NCBI GenBank assembly: GCA_028345965.1
Contig: JAOMEP010000001.1
Coordinates: 1,872 to 65,871 of the forward strand
Source of the DNA: Candidatus Nitrosopelagicus sp.
GTDB lineage: Archaea > Thermoproteota > Nitrososphaeria > Nitrososphaerales > Nitrosopumilaceae
DNA: 64,000 bases
Reading direction: 5' to 3'
Numbering within the stretch: position 1 is the first letter of the stretch; each line of letters opens with the position of its first letter. The position numbers and the translations under genes are program-made. Under the pieces are notes generated by a model. That model saw nothing but the letters and a program-made list of their open reading frames with translations. It was not told where the DNA came from and ran no database searches. Of the stretch, positions 19,174 through 29,287 are shown piece by piece.

Positions 19174-20247
19174 CTATTTTTTGAATTTTCGCTTTATGCG
19201 TTTCAGTTTTGACGAACCAAATGGTAAAATTCTGTATTGCTTAGTCCATCTAAATGTGATAATTGATGAAAGAGCTGTAGCAAATATCAATACAGGAATT
19301 ACCCATACATAAGAAAATTCAAGATCTGGGATTCCAAATATAGTTGCAAGTGTATTAGGTACTAGAACAGCAGTAGCGGCTACAGTTAACCAAACTATCA
19401 ATTTGGTTAATTGATTTGTAGATTCTGTTTGAATTACAGTAATGCCGGTAGAAATAATTTCCATTACATTTTCTGCCATCTGAATTTGTCTATCTAGAGT
19501 TGCAAGAACAACTTCGAATTTTTCTAATATATCATCATCGTCAGTTAACATATCAGGATCACCATACTTTAGATTTCTTACAGTGTCATGAGTTGCCCAA
19601 ACGGCATTAAGAAAAGACAAAAGTGATCTTTTCATATTAGATAGTTCAGTAGACAAATCTCGATGTATCTGACGAGAACCTGCAAGATCAATTTCAATTT
19701 GTTCTGCACGCTCTATTATTGTTCTAAGAGCAGAGAAATTTGTTTCACTAACCTCATCAAGTAATCTAAAGAGTAGCATTGTTTGTCTATCAGCCCAATT
19801 CTCTGGAGTTTGTGGGAGCTTTCTCATTAGAGAGCTAGAATAATTATATAATTTTGTAATTTTTCCACCATAGTCATCATGTATTGTAACAATTAGATCC
19901 TTTTTTATGAAAATTAAGCATGGCGAAGTTTGTGTTCTATTTTCACCAGTAAAGATGAAAGGAACCATGATTCCCAGAGTGTCACCAACGTCTTCATATT
20001 CAGTTAGATAACCAGAAAGTAATGTACTAGAATCCATATTGATATTTAATTTCTCAAGAATTTTTGGAGTTTCGCTAGCTATGTCATCAACTACACATTC
20101 GATCCAAGTTAAATTACCAATAGAAACATGTTGTGTTGCTTCATCTAAACTGGTACTTTCTTTTTTGAATGGAACTCCTTGCTTCTCAATTCCTGCAATA
20201 CTTACTGTCTTTAGCATGGCAAAAACACTTTTTTCATCTATATACAC
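19174..20247 (-). CDS. corA: CorA family divalent cation transporter
   Basis: Large cytosolic funnel domain, two C-terminal TM helices (LTVAATAVLVPNTLATIFGIP). Confidence 0.8.
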   Translation of the reverse strand: MYIDEKSVFAMLKTVSIAGIEKQGVPFKKESTSLDEATQHVSIGNLTWIECVVDDIASETPKILEKLNINMDSSTLLSGYLTEYEDVGDTLGIMVPFIFTGENRTQTSPCLIFIKKDLIVTIHDDYGGKITKLYNYSSSLMRKLPQTPENWADRQTMLLFRLLDEVSETNFSALRTIIERAEQIEIDLAGSRQIHRDLSTELSNMKRSLLSFLNAVWATHDTVRNLKYGDPDMLTDDDDILEKFEVVLATLDRQIQMAENVMEIISTGITVIQTESTNQLTKLIVWLTVAATAVLVPNTLATIFGIPDLEFSYVWVIPVLIFATALSSIITFRWTKQYRILPFGSSKLKRIKRKFKK

Positions 20248-20262
20248 TTTTTTTTCTGTATA

Positions 20263-21201
20263 TTATTCAGAAGATTCTTTCTTTTTATTTTGTGAACGAC
20301 GAATAATTAGAGACAGTATAGCACCTGCGGGAATACCAACTATAGTACCTATACTCACATAAGGTGCAATAAAGAAATCCCCAATCCAAATTCCACCATC
20401 ATTTGTTAATTCCATGAATGTTTTTGGTCTCAATAATAGAGGCATTGATTGTGTGGAAGTATTTGTCTCTCCTAGATCATCAGTATATGTTAATACAACT
20501 TTAACAGGAATTGTATATTCTGTTGTAACATTTTCAACAGGAGTAATTAATTCTGCAGAAATTGTATAAGGAGTTTGTTTTTCCAATGATGATAATTTGT
20601 AAAAAGTATCACCTCGGAATTCAATGTCAGGTGCAATTATTTCCAGAGTGATATTTTCAAGATCAATATCTTGTGAAGATATGGTAGCCTGTATTGAAAA
20701 TTCTGATTCTGAAAATATGGATTCAGGAGTTATGGTTTCTATAATTATTTGAGGTCTGTTTTGCACCTCAATTGGTATCGCAAAATTCATTTTAGTTAGA
20801 GGCATTGGATCAACATTATTGCTCAATAGTATTTGAGAATAATCAATATTGATGAAATGTGTTCCTTCAGTAGCATTTTCATGAACAATATAATCAAGCG
20901 TAGTACCAAATGAGCTAGATGATGTCAGTTCATCAATTTGTATATTTTCTTGTGTTACTGGTACAAATGCATCATCAGGATTTGTTAGTTTCAGAATAAT
21001 ATCTTGTTTACTTTCCCAACCATTATTTTGTATCAAAAATGAAATGGAAAATGTTCTATCAATCAATACATAATCAGGATAAATAATTTGTATTTCCATT
21101 CCACCATCTGGAGATAATGTTGTAGTTTCAGAATAAGCATGTCCAGAATTTGCAAAAAATAGTAGAGGAAATAATGAAAAAATCACTAGGTTTTTTTTCA
21201 T
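20263..21201 (-). CDS. Secreted, membrane-anchored beta-sandwich protein (S-layer-domain/COG1361-like)
   Basis: Signal peptide, two Ig-like repeats, C-terminal TM helix plus basic tail. Confidence 0.65.
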   Translation of the reverse strand: MKKNLVIFSLFPLLFFANSGHAYSETTTLSPDGGMEIQIIYPDYVLIDRTFSISFLIQNNGWESKQDIILKLTNPDDAFVPVTQENIQIDELTSSSSFGTTLDYIVHENATEGTHFINIDYSQILLSNNVDPMPLTKMNFAIPIEVQNRPQIIIETITPESIFSESEFSIQATISSQDIDLENITLEIIAPDIEFRGDTFYKLSSLEKQTPYTISAELITPVENVTTEYTIPVKVVLTYTDDLGETNTSTQSMPLLLRPKTFMELTNDGGIWIGDFFIAPYVSIGTIVGIPAGAILSLIIRRSQNKKKESSE

Positions 21202-21294
21202 GATCGTATAAAGTGGAGATCAAAATAAAGTTTCAGTAGTAAATCGTTAATTAAAAAATGTATGACTTAAGTAAAACAATTGTAAAATAATCTC

Positions 21295-22314
21295 ATGAGT
21301 TGTTCAGGAGAAATTGTAGATAAAGATGAACAATTAATACAGATTAAACCAAATATTTCTCAACAATTAAAAAAAGCAAAATATGGTGTGGCTGATCACT
21401 CAACTGTCGAGATATGTCATTGGACAAAAAAATCATTTAGAAATGAAGGTAGTTGCTATAAACACAAATTTTATGGAATAAGCACACACAGATGCATGGA
21501 ATTTTCCCCTGCAGGAATGCATTGTGAAAATAGATGTGTGTATTGTTGGAGACCAATGGAATTTTATGATTCATTAAAAATGGATGAAGAAAAAGTTGCC
21601 GAACCAAAAGATATTATGACAAAATTAATGGAGGAACGAAGAAAACTAATCGTAGGGCATTTTGGAGATCCTAGTCAAGATAAACAAAAAATTGAAGAAT
21701 CACTTACTCCTAGTCACTATGCAATATCACTATCTGGTGAACCAACTATGTATCCAAAATTACCTGATTTGATAAAATATCTAAAATCGTTGGAAGCCAC
21801 AAAATCAATATTCCTAGTAACAAATGGTCAGGAACCAGAAATGATTCAGAGACTTGCAGATGAAAATGCATTACCAACTCAACTTTATCTTTCAACAAAT
21901 GCATCAGATTATGATTCATTTCTTAAGATTAACAGACCCAAGTATGATGACTCATGGGAAAGATGGAACAAAACTTTGGAGATGCTTGCAGATTTAGATA
22001 CAAGAACAGTACTACGCGTTACGTTAATCAGAAATTGGAATGATTCTAAAAAAATGATATCTGGTTTTAAATCAATATTTGAAAAATCAAATGCACATTT
22101 TGTGGAGTTAAAATCCTATATGCATATCGGACGTTCAACTAATCGTTTAGAATATGAAAATATGGTTGAAATGAATGATGTGAGAAAGTTTTCAGAGCAA
22201 ATAGCAGATAAATCAGATAGATTTGAGATAATGGATGAAAGTGAAATATCAAAAATAGTAGTGTTACAAAACAAAAAAAGATTTACAGACCGCTATCTAA
22301 CTGCGTATGCATGA
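21295..22314 (+). CDS. taw1: 4-demethylwyosine synthase TYW1/Taw1 (radical SAM)
   Basis: CHWTKK, CYKHKFYGISTHRC, CENRCVYCWR, ISLSGEPT. Confidence 0.93.
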   Translation: MSCSGEIVDKDEQLIQIKPNISQQLKKAKYGVADHSTVEICHWTKKSFRNEGSCYKHKFYGISTHRCMEFSPAGMHCENRCVYCWRPMEFYDSLKMDEEKVAEPKDIMTKLMEERRKLIVGHFGDPSQDKQKIEESLTPSHYAISLSGEPTMYPKLPDLIKYLKSLEATKSIFLVTNGQEPEMIQRLADENALPTQLYLSTNASDYDSFLKINRPKYDDSWERWNKTLEMLADLDTRTVLRVTLIRNWNDSKKMISGFKSIFEKSNAHFVELKSYMHIGRSTNRLEYENMVEMNDVRKFSEQIADKSDRFEIMDESEISKIVVLQNKKRFTDRYLTAYA

Positions 22315-22858
22315 ACCAATCTGAGAATTTTTTTAGAGATGCAGAACGATGAGAAAATTTATCTTTATCAGAAACATTTGCGTATGTTTTTGATTCTCCA
22401 TCAGGAATGAATATTGGATCATACCCCCAACCACCTTCTTCAATGGATAGTGAAATTTTTCCAGGTATGCTAGATTCAAACAATTGAACATCACCATCTC
22501 CGTTACAATAAGCAATAATTGCTACAAATTTTGCAGTTCTTAATTCAATTTTTTCTAATAAACTCATGATTCCTTTATTTCCAATTGTGTCATAAACATA
22601 AGATGAGTATGGACCAGGAAACCCATTTAGTGAATCAATGAAAAGACCATCATCTTCAATAATTACAGGTTTTTGAACTTTAGAATAAGCATCCAATGCT
22701 TTTCGTTTTGCGATTTCACTAAGAGAATTAGACTGAATTTCTTCAAGTGTTGTTTTAAACAGACTAATCTCTAATCCTAAATTAGATAGAATTCTTTGTG
22801 CTTCTGTGAATTTATGATTATTTGATGATACAAAAAATAATTCAGACGACTGTTGCAT
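22283..22858 (-). CDS. rdgB: Non-canonical purine NTP pyrophosphatase (RdgB/HAM1)
   Basis: SSNNHK, EDDGLFIDSLNGFPGPYS, GWGYDPIF, SHRS. Confidence 0.93.
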   Translation of the reverse strand: MQQSSELFFVSSNNHKFTEAQRILSNLGLEISLFKTTLEEIQSNSLSEIAKRKALDAYSKVQKPVIIEDDGLFIDSLNGFPGPYSSYVYDTIGNKGIMSLLEKIELRTAKFVAIIAYCNGDGDVQLFESSIPGKISLSIEEGGWGYDPIFIPDGESKTYANVSDKDKFSHRSASLKKFSDWFMHTQLDSGL

Positions 22859-23462
22859 ATCTACCTCGACTTTCAATTACAGCAACTAATTCAAGAATTT
22901 TCTTACAACGTTTTTTACCAACAGAATTTTCATATCCAGAAATAAAATTTTTCCAAGATTTTTCCATCACATTAGCATGAGCGCTATTCAAAATTTCTTT
23001 AAACAAGCGTAGATCAACTGCATGATCATCAGGTTTTTCAGTTCTATTTGCTAGTCCAAAATCAATAAGAAACAGATTTTTTTTACTCAGTATGAAATTT
23101 GAAGTTGTGAGATCACCATGCATTACGCCATTTGTATGAAGTTTGCCAACAATTTTTCCTATTTGTAAGCATGTTTTAGGAATAGATTTTTCATCCATAT
23201 CACGAATTAATTTTCCATTCACATATTGCATGTATATTGAGAATTTTTTGTAATCTACAAAATGGATTAACGGTGTTGAAATACCAAAAGATTTTACATC
23301 AGATAGTAGCTGTGCTTCTCTAATTGTCCTTTGTTTTCTAATTCTAATATCAAGTGATGGATTTCTATATTTTTTCTCTTTTCTAATTTTTAATACTGAT
23401 TTTTTTCCATTCCATGAGGAAAGATACACATCAGCCTCGGCTCCTTTTTTAAGGATCTTCAT
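22842..23462 (-). CDS. bud32: KEOPS complex kinase Bud32
   Basis: KGAEA, HGDLTTSN, IDFGL, AVDL, RGRY. Confidence 0.93.
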   Translation of the reverse strand: MKILKKGAEADVYLSSWNGKKSVLKIRKEKKYRNPSLDIRIRKQRTIREAQLLSDVKSFGISTPLIHFVDYKKFSIYMQYVNGKLIRDMDEKSIPKTCLQIGKIVGKLHTNGVMHGDLTTSNFILSKKNLFLIDFGLANRTEKPDDHAVDLRLFKEILNSAHANVMEKSWKNFISGYENSVGKKRCKKILELVAVIESRGRYATVV

Positions 23463-23498
23463 TAAGATTATAACCAATTCTTGTAATTAATAGATATA

Positions 23499-24380
23499 AT
23501 GATGTTAAATTACGATGCACCGCTTTACAGACCACCATCAGAAGCAAATTCATTAATTTTTCAGGTGACATTAGGCTGTTCATTTAATCAATGTTCATTT
23601 TGTGATATGTACAGATCAAAAGAATATTCTGAAAGAACATGGGATGAAGTGAAAGGAGAAATTGATATGATGGCAAAAATTATGCCAGATACACAAAGAG
23701 TATTTTTGGCAGATGGTGATGCAATTAATTTATCAACAGAATATATGGTAAAAATTCTCAAATATATTCGAGAAAAATTTTCTTCAATTGAAAGAATTTC
23801 ATGTTATGCAATGCCAATGAATCTGTTGAAAAAAACTCCTGAAGATTTACAAGAATTACATGATGCAGGATTGAATATGCTATATCTTGGAATAGAAAGT
23901 GGTTCAGACATAGTACTTAGAAAAGTAACAAAAGGTGCAACATCAAAAACTATCATCAAAGCATGCAATAAAGCTAAAGATGTTGGATTCAAACTATCAT
24001 GTATGGTCATTTTAGGATTAGGAGGAAAAAAATATTCAAAAGAAAATGCGATAGAAACTGGCAAAGTAATCAGTGCATCAAAGCCAGATTTTGTTGGGGC
24101 ATTAACATTGTATTTAGAAAATGGAATCAAAGATGAATTCATTACAAAATGGGGAGGCGAATTTGTCAAAATAGATGATAATGAATCACTAGAAGAACTA
24201 GAATTACTTGTTTCAAATATTAATGCAGAAAATAAAATAGTTTTTCGTGCAAATCATGGTTCAAATGCATATAATATTGCAGGAACATTTCCTCAAGACA
24301 AAGATGAGATGCTTGAAAAAATCGGTTGGCTAAATAAACATCCTGAAAATGTAAGACCTAAAGGTTTACGAGGATTTTAG
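23499..24380 (+). CDS. Radical SAM protein
   Basis: YRPPSEA, CSFNQCSFCDMY, FRANHGSN. Confidence 0.88.
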   Translation: MMLNYDAPLYRPPSEANSLIFQVTLGCSFNQCSFCDMYRSKEYSERTWDEVKGEIDMMAKIMPDTQRVFLADGDAINLSTEYMVKILKYIREKFSSIERISCYAMPMNLLKKTPEDLQELHDAGLNMLYLGIESGSDIVLRKVTKGATSKTIIKACNKAKDVGFKLSCMVILGLGGKKYSKENAIETGKVISASKPDFVGALTLYLENGIKDEFITKWGGEFVKIDDNESLEELELLVSNINAENKIVFRANHGSNAYNIAGTFPQDKDEMLEKIGWLNKHPENVRPKGLRGF

Positions 24381-24382
24381 AA

Positions 24383-24634
24383 TTAAATTTTATCTAATAG
24401 TTCTTTAACATTATCTGGTAACTCTGGTAACTCAGTATGACTGGTATTATTTTGAATTATTTCAGGACCTATTCTTCTAACCTTCTGAGTTCCTATCAAA
24501 GTGTCCAAACTCCTTTGGATATCTTTTTCAGGTAATACAGAAGAAAGTTTTGAGATTAATTCCTCCTCATTTTCATATTTTTCAATAGAATATTGAACTA
24601 GAGTCATTTTATCATTCATAGAAAGATCTGACAT
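24383..24634 (-). CDS. Hypothetical protein
   Basis: 83-aa ORF filling the gap before tRNA-Val; no motif recognised. Confidence 0.7.
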   Translation of the reverse strand: MSDLSMNDKMTLVQYSIEKYENEEELISKLSSVLPEKDIQRSLDTLIGTQKVRRIGPEIIQNNTSHTELPELPDNVKELLDKI

Positions 24635-24676
24635 TGTATTTTTTGTAATTTTATCGAATTAAAAAATATTCGGTAG

Positions 24677-24751
24677 TGGGCCCGCGGTGATTTGAACACC
24701 GGATCTTCGCCATGTAAAGGCGACGTCATAACCGAGCTAGACTACGAGCCC
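24677..24751 (-). tRNA. tRNA-Val(TAC)
   Basis: GGGCTCGTAGTCTAGCTCGGTTATGACGTCGCCTTTACATGGCGAAGATCCGGTGTTCAAATCACCGCGGGCCCA. Confidence 0.95.
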
Positions 24752-24810
24752 GCCAAAAAGTTCTTCGTTAAAATCCATTTAAATCTTTGACAAGAAAAAA
24801 TAATCATAAT

Positions 24811-25845
24811 ATGACAGAAATTGTGTTTTTTTGTAGTCCAATAGGATTAGGACATGCAACAAGAGATCTAGCCATAATTAATGAATTGAAACTAGAATCT
24901 TGTAAAATTTATTCTGGTAGTTCAGCCATTGAATTTTTTCAAAAAAATAATGTTCAAGCATATGATGTTTATTCACCCCCAAAATTTGAGGTGCAAAATG
25001 GAAAATTAGAAAAATCGTTGAGATGGCTTTGGGATTACTACAAGTATTATAAAAAATGTAAAGAAATATCAAATCAGATCATTAATGACGAAAAACCAAA
25101 TTTGATTATTAGTGATGAGGATTTTGCATCAATAGCAATAGCGCAAGAAAAAGGAATTTCAAATATAATCATCACAGATATACTTGAAACAAAATTTACT
25201 AGTGGATTTGGTGGAATGATTGAGAAAAAAATGAATAAAACAATGCAGGAAATGTTGAACAAAGCTAACAGAGTCATAATTCCAGAGTTAGGAAAAAATC
25301 AAAATAACATAGTACGGACAGGTCCAATTGTAAGAAAAATAGAAAAAAATCGTGACGACATTAGAAATAATTTAGATTTTAAAAAGAAAACAATTGTTCT
25401 TAGTGTTGGAGGTACCGACGCAGGAATATTTTTAATCAAACAAACAATTGATGCAGTAAAAAAAATTCAATTAGATATCGAGTTAGTTTTAGTTGCTGGA
25501 CCAAAAATTAAAGAAGAGTTTGGAAATAATTTGAGAAATTTAGGATTCGTAGAAAATCTTCATGAAGTAATTTTTGCGTCAGATCTAATAATTTCTCTTG
25601 CAGGAAAATCTACAATTGATGAATCAGTTGTGTATGGAACACCTGGAATTTTCATACCAATAAAAGATCATTTTGAACAAGAAGATAATGCCAAAGAAAT
25701 GGGATTTAATTTTGAAGATATTTATAATTTAGAAAATCTCATAAAAGAAAAACTTGACATGGAAAGAAATGAACAGCAACAAAATGGAGTTAATTTGGCA
25801 GGCATGGAAATTTCAAAAATTCTTTTAAATAAAAATAACGATTAA
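24811..25845 (+). CDS. GT28/MurG-like glycosyltransferase
   Basis: IGLGHATRD, SVGGT, ISLAGKSTIDE, HFEQEDNA. Confidence 0.85.
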   Translation: MTEIVFFCSPIGLGHATRDLAIINELKLESCKIYSGSSAIEFFQKNNVQAYDVYSPPKFEVQNGKLEKSLRWLWDYYKYYKKCKEISNQIINDEKPNLIISDEDFASIAIAQEKGISNIIITDILETKFTSGFGGMIEKKMNKTMQEMLNKANRVIIPELGKNQNNIVRTGPIVRKIEKNRDDIRNNLDFKKKTIVLSVGGTDAGIFLIKQTIDAVKKIQLDIELVLVAGPKIKEEFGNNLRNLGFVENLHEVIFASDLIISLAGKSTIDESVVYGTPGIFIPIKDHFEQEDNAKEMGFNFEDIYNLENLIKEKLDMERNEQQQNGVNLAGMEISKILLNKNND

Positions 25846-25871
25846 TACAGTAATAATATTTTGGATTAATC

Positions 25872-27287
25872 ATGAGTAAACTAACAATTGCAAAATTTGG
25901 AGGAAGTGCAATAGGAATTGATGGAGAAGGAATACCTCAAATTATTAAAAGAATTAAAGAAATTCAAAAAAATGGTAAATTAGTCGTAGTTTGTTCTGCA
26001 CCACTCACAATGGTAGATGGTAAAAAAAAATCACTGACAGATGTAGTGCTAGGTATAGGAAATAACGTAGTAAATGGAAATAGTTTTGATTTTTCAATTG
26101 TTGAAAAATCATACTCAAAAATTTTAGAATATCTAAATGATGAATCTAAAAATTTAGGTAAGGAAACAATTGATGAGTTTTTGAAAAATTCAAAAGATGC
26201 TATTGATTTAGCATCATCTAAAAAAGAATTTTTAGATGAAATTCGTTCAAAAGCATTGGCATTTTCAGGAGAAGTCTTAATGTCACATGTTTTGAATCTA
26301 ATTTTAAAGAATAATGGAATTAAATCAAATACAATTTCACTTGAGGATTGGCCGATAATTACAGATAATAATATTGAATCAACAAATTTTCTTTTCTCAG
26401 AATCAGTTTCAAGAATGGGTAAACTGGAACAAATTTTAGATGAAAATGATGTGATATGTGTTGGAGGTTTCATTGGAAAAACAAAAGACGGAATTATTAC
26501 AACATATGAAAGGGGTGGTTCAGATAGAACGGCAGCAGATTTAGGAATTTTATTTCATAAAAAATATGATACAGTTATAGATCTTGAGAAAGATAGCTCT
26601 GTTGTTTCTGCAGATCCAAAAATCGTCAAAGATGATCTTGAACGAGTCAATGAATTATCATACAATGAAGCTAGATTAGCAGGAATGTTTGGTATGAAAA
26701 TTGTAGATCCTATTGCAATTAAAGAAATTCTTGAAAATGGAGTAGAAATACCTCTAACAATTACAAACATGAAATCACCGGAAATGATTACAAAAATCCA
26801 AAGAAAACCAGATGATAAAAGTGGACACCCATTGAAGATTGTGACAGGTAAGAAAAATTGCGCAATCTTACGAATAGAATCAGAAATGATTAGGGACTTA
26901 CTTGTATCATTAGAGAAAGACAAGAGATATAGTGAATTTATCGTCTTATCACCATTCACAAAAGATGGAATAGAATTTAGTCGAATTTTATTTTTAGATG
27001 GAGATTATGTCAAAAGAAATGAAAAATACATTCTAAGTTTTGATGCACTTGCAACAGTTGCATATGAAAGAGGTGTAGTTACATTGATCGGTGATGAAAT
27101 GTGGAGAGTGCAACAAATTGCATCAAAGGCTAGTTCTAAGATAGGCGATGCAGGATTAAACATCTTGAACATGGATGCACAAGAAGAAACTTCCAGAATT
27201 ATTATCGTTATAGAAGATGTAGAAGATAGTGTTGCAAAAGCAATTGAATCAATACATTCTGAAAGATTAAAGATTAAATTTATTTAA
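25872..27287 (+). CDS. lysC: Aspartate kinase
   Basis: AKFGGS, ERGGSDRTA, SADPKIV, LSYNEA, C-terminal ACT domain. Confidence 0.9.
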   Translation: MSKLTIAKFGGSAIGIDGEGIPQIIKRIKEIQKNGKLVVVCSAPLTMVDGKKKSLTDVVLGIGNNVVNGNSFDFSIVEKSYSKILEYLNDESKNLGKETIDEFLKNSKDAIDLASSKKEFLDEIRSKALAFSGEVLMSHVLNLILKNNGIKSNTISLEDWPIITDNNIESTNFLFSESVSRMGKLEQILDENDVICVGGFIGKTKDGIITTYERGGSDRTAADLGILFHKKYDTVIDLEKDSSVVSADPKIVKDDLERVNELSYNEARLAGMFGMKIVDPIAIKEILENGVEIPLTITNMKSPEMITKIQRKPDDKSGHPLKIVTGKKNCAILRIESEMIRDLLVSLEKDKRYSEFIVLSPFTKDGIEFSRILFLDGDYVKRNEKYILSFDALATVAYERGVVTLIGDEMWRVQQIASKASSKIGDAGLNILNMDAQEETSRIIIVIEDVEDSVAKAIESIHSERLKIKFI

Positions 27288-27393
27288 AACCAGTTTGGCG
27301 CTAAAGGTCGTGTGACCAGTAGTGCCAAGGTGGGTTTGTTCTTGGACCATCTTCTAGAATCAGTCCGGCGTTACCCAAAACACGCTTGATCAT
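27288..27393. ncRNA. Candidate structured non-coding RNA (~100 nt), unassigned
   Basis: GC-rich patch in an AT-rich spacer; hairpins at 27295-27328 and 27331-27377; minus-strand TATA TTAAATA at 27416-27410. Confidence 0.45.
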
Positions 27394-27474
27394 AATAGAA
27401 CATGAAGATTATTTAATATGATCTATGTATAGTATAGGGATTCAGGCGTGATTGTTTAAATTACGAGACGAGTT

Positions 27475-28398
27475 TTGCCCGATATGAAAGAAACAGGCAA
27501 GATTTGGATGAATGGAAAATTAGTTCCTTTCAAAAATGCCAAAGTACATGTTTTAACACATGCATTACACTATTCAACTTCAATATTTGAAGGGATTAGA
27601 TGTTATGATACCCCAGAGGGTTCAGCAATTTTTCGATTACCAGAACATGTTGACAGATTTTTTAATTCTGCAAAAATGTATTCTATGAAAATGCCATATT
27701 CAAATAAAAAAATTAATGACGGAATAATAAAAACGGTAAAAGCAAATAAACTGAAACAATGCTACATCAGACCATTAGCATATTATGGATATGGAACAAT
27801 GGGACTTACTCCAACAAATAACAAAGTTGATGTTTCCATTTCATGTTGGGAATGGAAAATGGGAGAATCAAAGGCAGGAAAATATTCAGGAGCAAAATGT
27901 AAAATTTCAAAATGGATAAGAATTGATTCAAAATCACAACCTATGCAAGCAAAATCTGCAGCAAATTATTCAAATGCTGCATTGGCTAGAATGGAGGCAC
28001 TAAATGCAGGATATGATGAAGCAATCATGCTTAACAACAAAGGATACGTTGCAGAAGGAAGTGCAGAAAATATTTTTGTAGTTAAAAATGGAAAAATTAC
28101 TACACCACCATTGGATGCAGACATACTAGATGGAATAACAAGAGATTCAGCAATAAAACTTCTCAAATCAAAGAAAAACAAAGTTGTTGAAAAAAATCTA
28201 AAAATTAATGATCTTCTAAAAGCTGATGAAATTTTTATGACAGGAACTGCTGCAGAAGTAAAGTCAGTTACTCGTGTGAATAAGACAAAAATTGGAAATG
28301 GAAAAATTGGTGAATTTACAAAAGAATTACAAGAATTGTTTATGGATACAGTAATGGGTGAAAATAAGAAATTCCGCTCATGGTTAAAATTCATCTAA
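27475..28398 (+). CDS. ilvE: Branched-chain amino acid aminotransferase
   Basis: HALHYSTSIFEGIR, YIRP, AKSAANY, EGSAENIF, ILDGITR, GTAAEV. Confidence 0.95.
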   Translation: MPDMKETGKIWMNGKLVPFKNAKVHVLTHALHYSTSIFEGIRCYDTPEGSAIFRLPEHVDRFFNSAKMYSMKMPYSNKKINDGIIKTVKANKLKQCYIRPLAYYGYGTMGLTPTNNKVDVSISCWEWKMGESKAGKYSGAKCKISKWIRIDSKSQPMQAKSAANYSNAALARMEALNAGYDEAIMLNNKGYVAEGSAENIFVVKNGKITTPPLDADILDGITRDSAIKLLKSKKNKVVEKNLKINDLLKADEIFMTGTAAEVKSVTRVNKTKIGNGKIGEFTKELQELFMDTVMGENKKFRSWLKFI

Positions 28399-28430
28399 AA
28401 TTAGATATATCTTAAAAGTTTACAGAACAT

Positions 28431-28601
28431 ATGGAAGATTGCTCAGTATCAGATGAGATATCCGAGATATGTTGGTTTTGTAAAAAAGGTAGACATGAAG
28501 AATGTATGAAAGAAATGCCAGTTAATGCAAAATCTGAAGGACCACACGAATGTACATTTGATACAAAGTTGATTTCATGCAAATGTTCTCATGGAAAGTG
28601 A
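28431..28601 (+). CDS. Small Cys/His-rich putative zinc-finger protein (56 aa, not in ORF track)
   Basis: MEDCSVSDEISEICWFCKKGRHEECMKEMPVNAKSEGPHECTFDTKLISCKCSHGK*; TATA-like sequence upstream; ends 6 nt before the next gene. Confidence 0.7.
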   Translation: MEDCSVSDEISEICWFCKKGRHEECMKEMPVNAKSEGPHECTFDTKLISCKCSHGK

Positions 28602-28607
28602 AATAAA

Positions 28608-29165
28608 TTGAATTATGATAAAGAATTTTGGAACAAATATGCTGATGAAAATGAATCCCGTAACAATGAAGAATTTACAAAATTTTTAACAGATCTTGCA
28701 AGATCATTACATTGTACAAGTATTTTAGAAATTGGTTGTGGGACAGGAGTTGATTTGAGAAAATTTGATGATTCGTTTGAGATACATGGAGTTGATTTGA
28801 ATGAACATGCATTGGAATTAGCTAGAAAAAATATCCCTAAGGGAAAATTTCACAGAGAAAATATTACAAAATTACCTTTTGAAGATGCATCAATTGATTT
28901 TATTTTTACACATAAGTTATTGAATTATCTTGATGACGATACTCTGGATAATGGTGTTAGCGAGATGTTTCGTGTAGCCAAAAAATATATTGTAAATTGT
29001 GAATTATTTGGGGAAACTGAAGATGTGATAAATGATGAAATGAAATTTAGAAACATGCTAAAAAGATGGTTGAATTACAAAGTAAAAGTTGTAAGCAATG
29101 TCAACATGCATGAAGAGATAGAACCTGAACAAGTTAGATTTACTTTATTGCGGAAATTACAATAG
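28608..29165 (+). CDS. Class I SAM-dependent methyltransferase
   Basis: ILEIGCGTG, GVDLN, LPFEDASIDFIF. Confidence 0.88.
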   Translation: MNYDKEFWNKYADENESRNNEEFTKFLTDLARSLHCTSILEIGCGTGVDLRKFDDSFEIHGVDLNEHALELARKNIPKGKFHRENITKLPFEDASIDFIFTHKLLNYLDDDTLDNGVSEMFRVAKKYIVNCELFGETEDVINDEMKFRNMLKRWLNYKVKVVSNVNMHEEIEPEQVRFTLLRKLQ

Positions 29166-29239
29166 CGGGTCTAGTGGGATTCGAACCCACGACAACCGGA
29201 TTAAGAGTCCGGTGCGCTACCTGGCTGCGCCATAGACCC
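29166..29239 (-). tRNA. tRNA-Lys(CTT)
   Basis: GGGTCTATGGCGCAGCCAGGTAGCGCACCGGACTCTTAATCCGGTTGTCGTGGGTTCGAATCCCACTAGACCCG. Confidence 0.95.
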
Positions 29240-29287
29240 ACACAAAGATATGAAAAAATGATGTTATTATTTAAACTTGGGATATGA

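Noticed and set aside
27290-27391. Calling the element 5S rRNA, SRP RNA, RNase P RNA or a C/D guide
   Set aside because: Too short for SRP or RNase P and lacks the 5S loop C and loop E consensus. The C/D-like boxes (ATGATCA, CTGA) are not correctly spaced. Left unassigned.
25964-28394. Long minus-strand ORFs opposite lysC and ilvE
   Set aside because: Shadow frames of well-supported genes.
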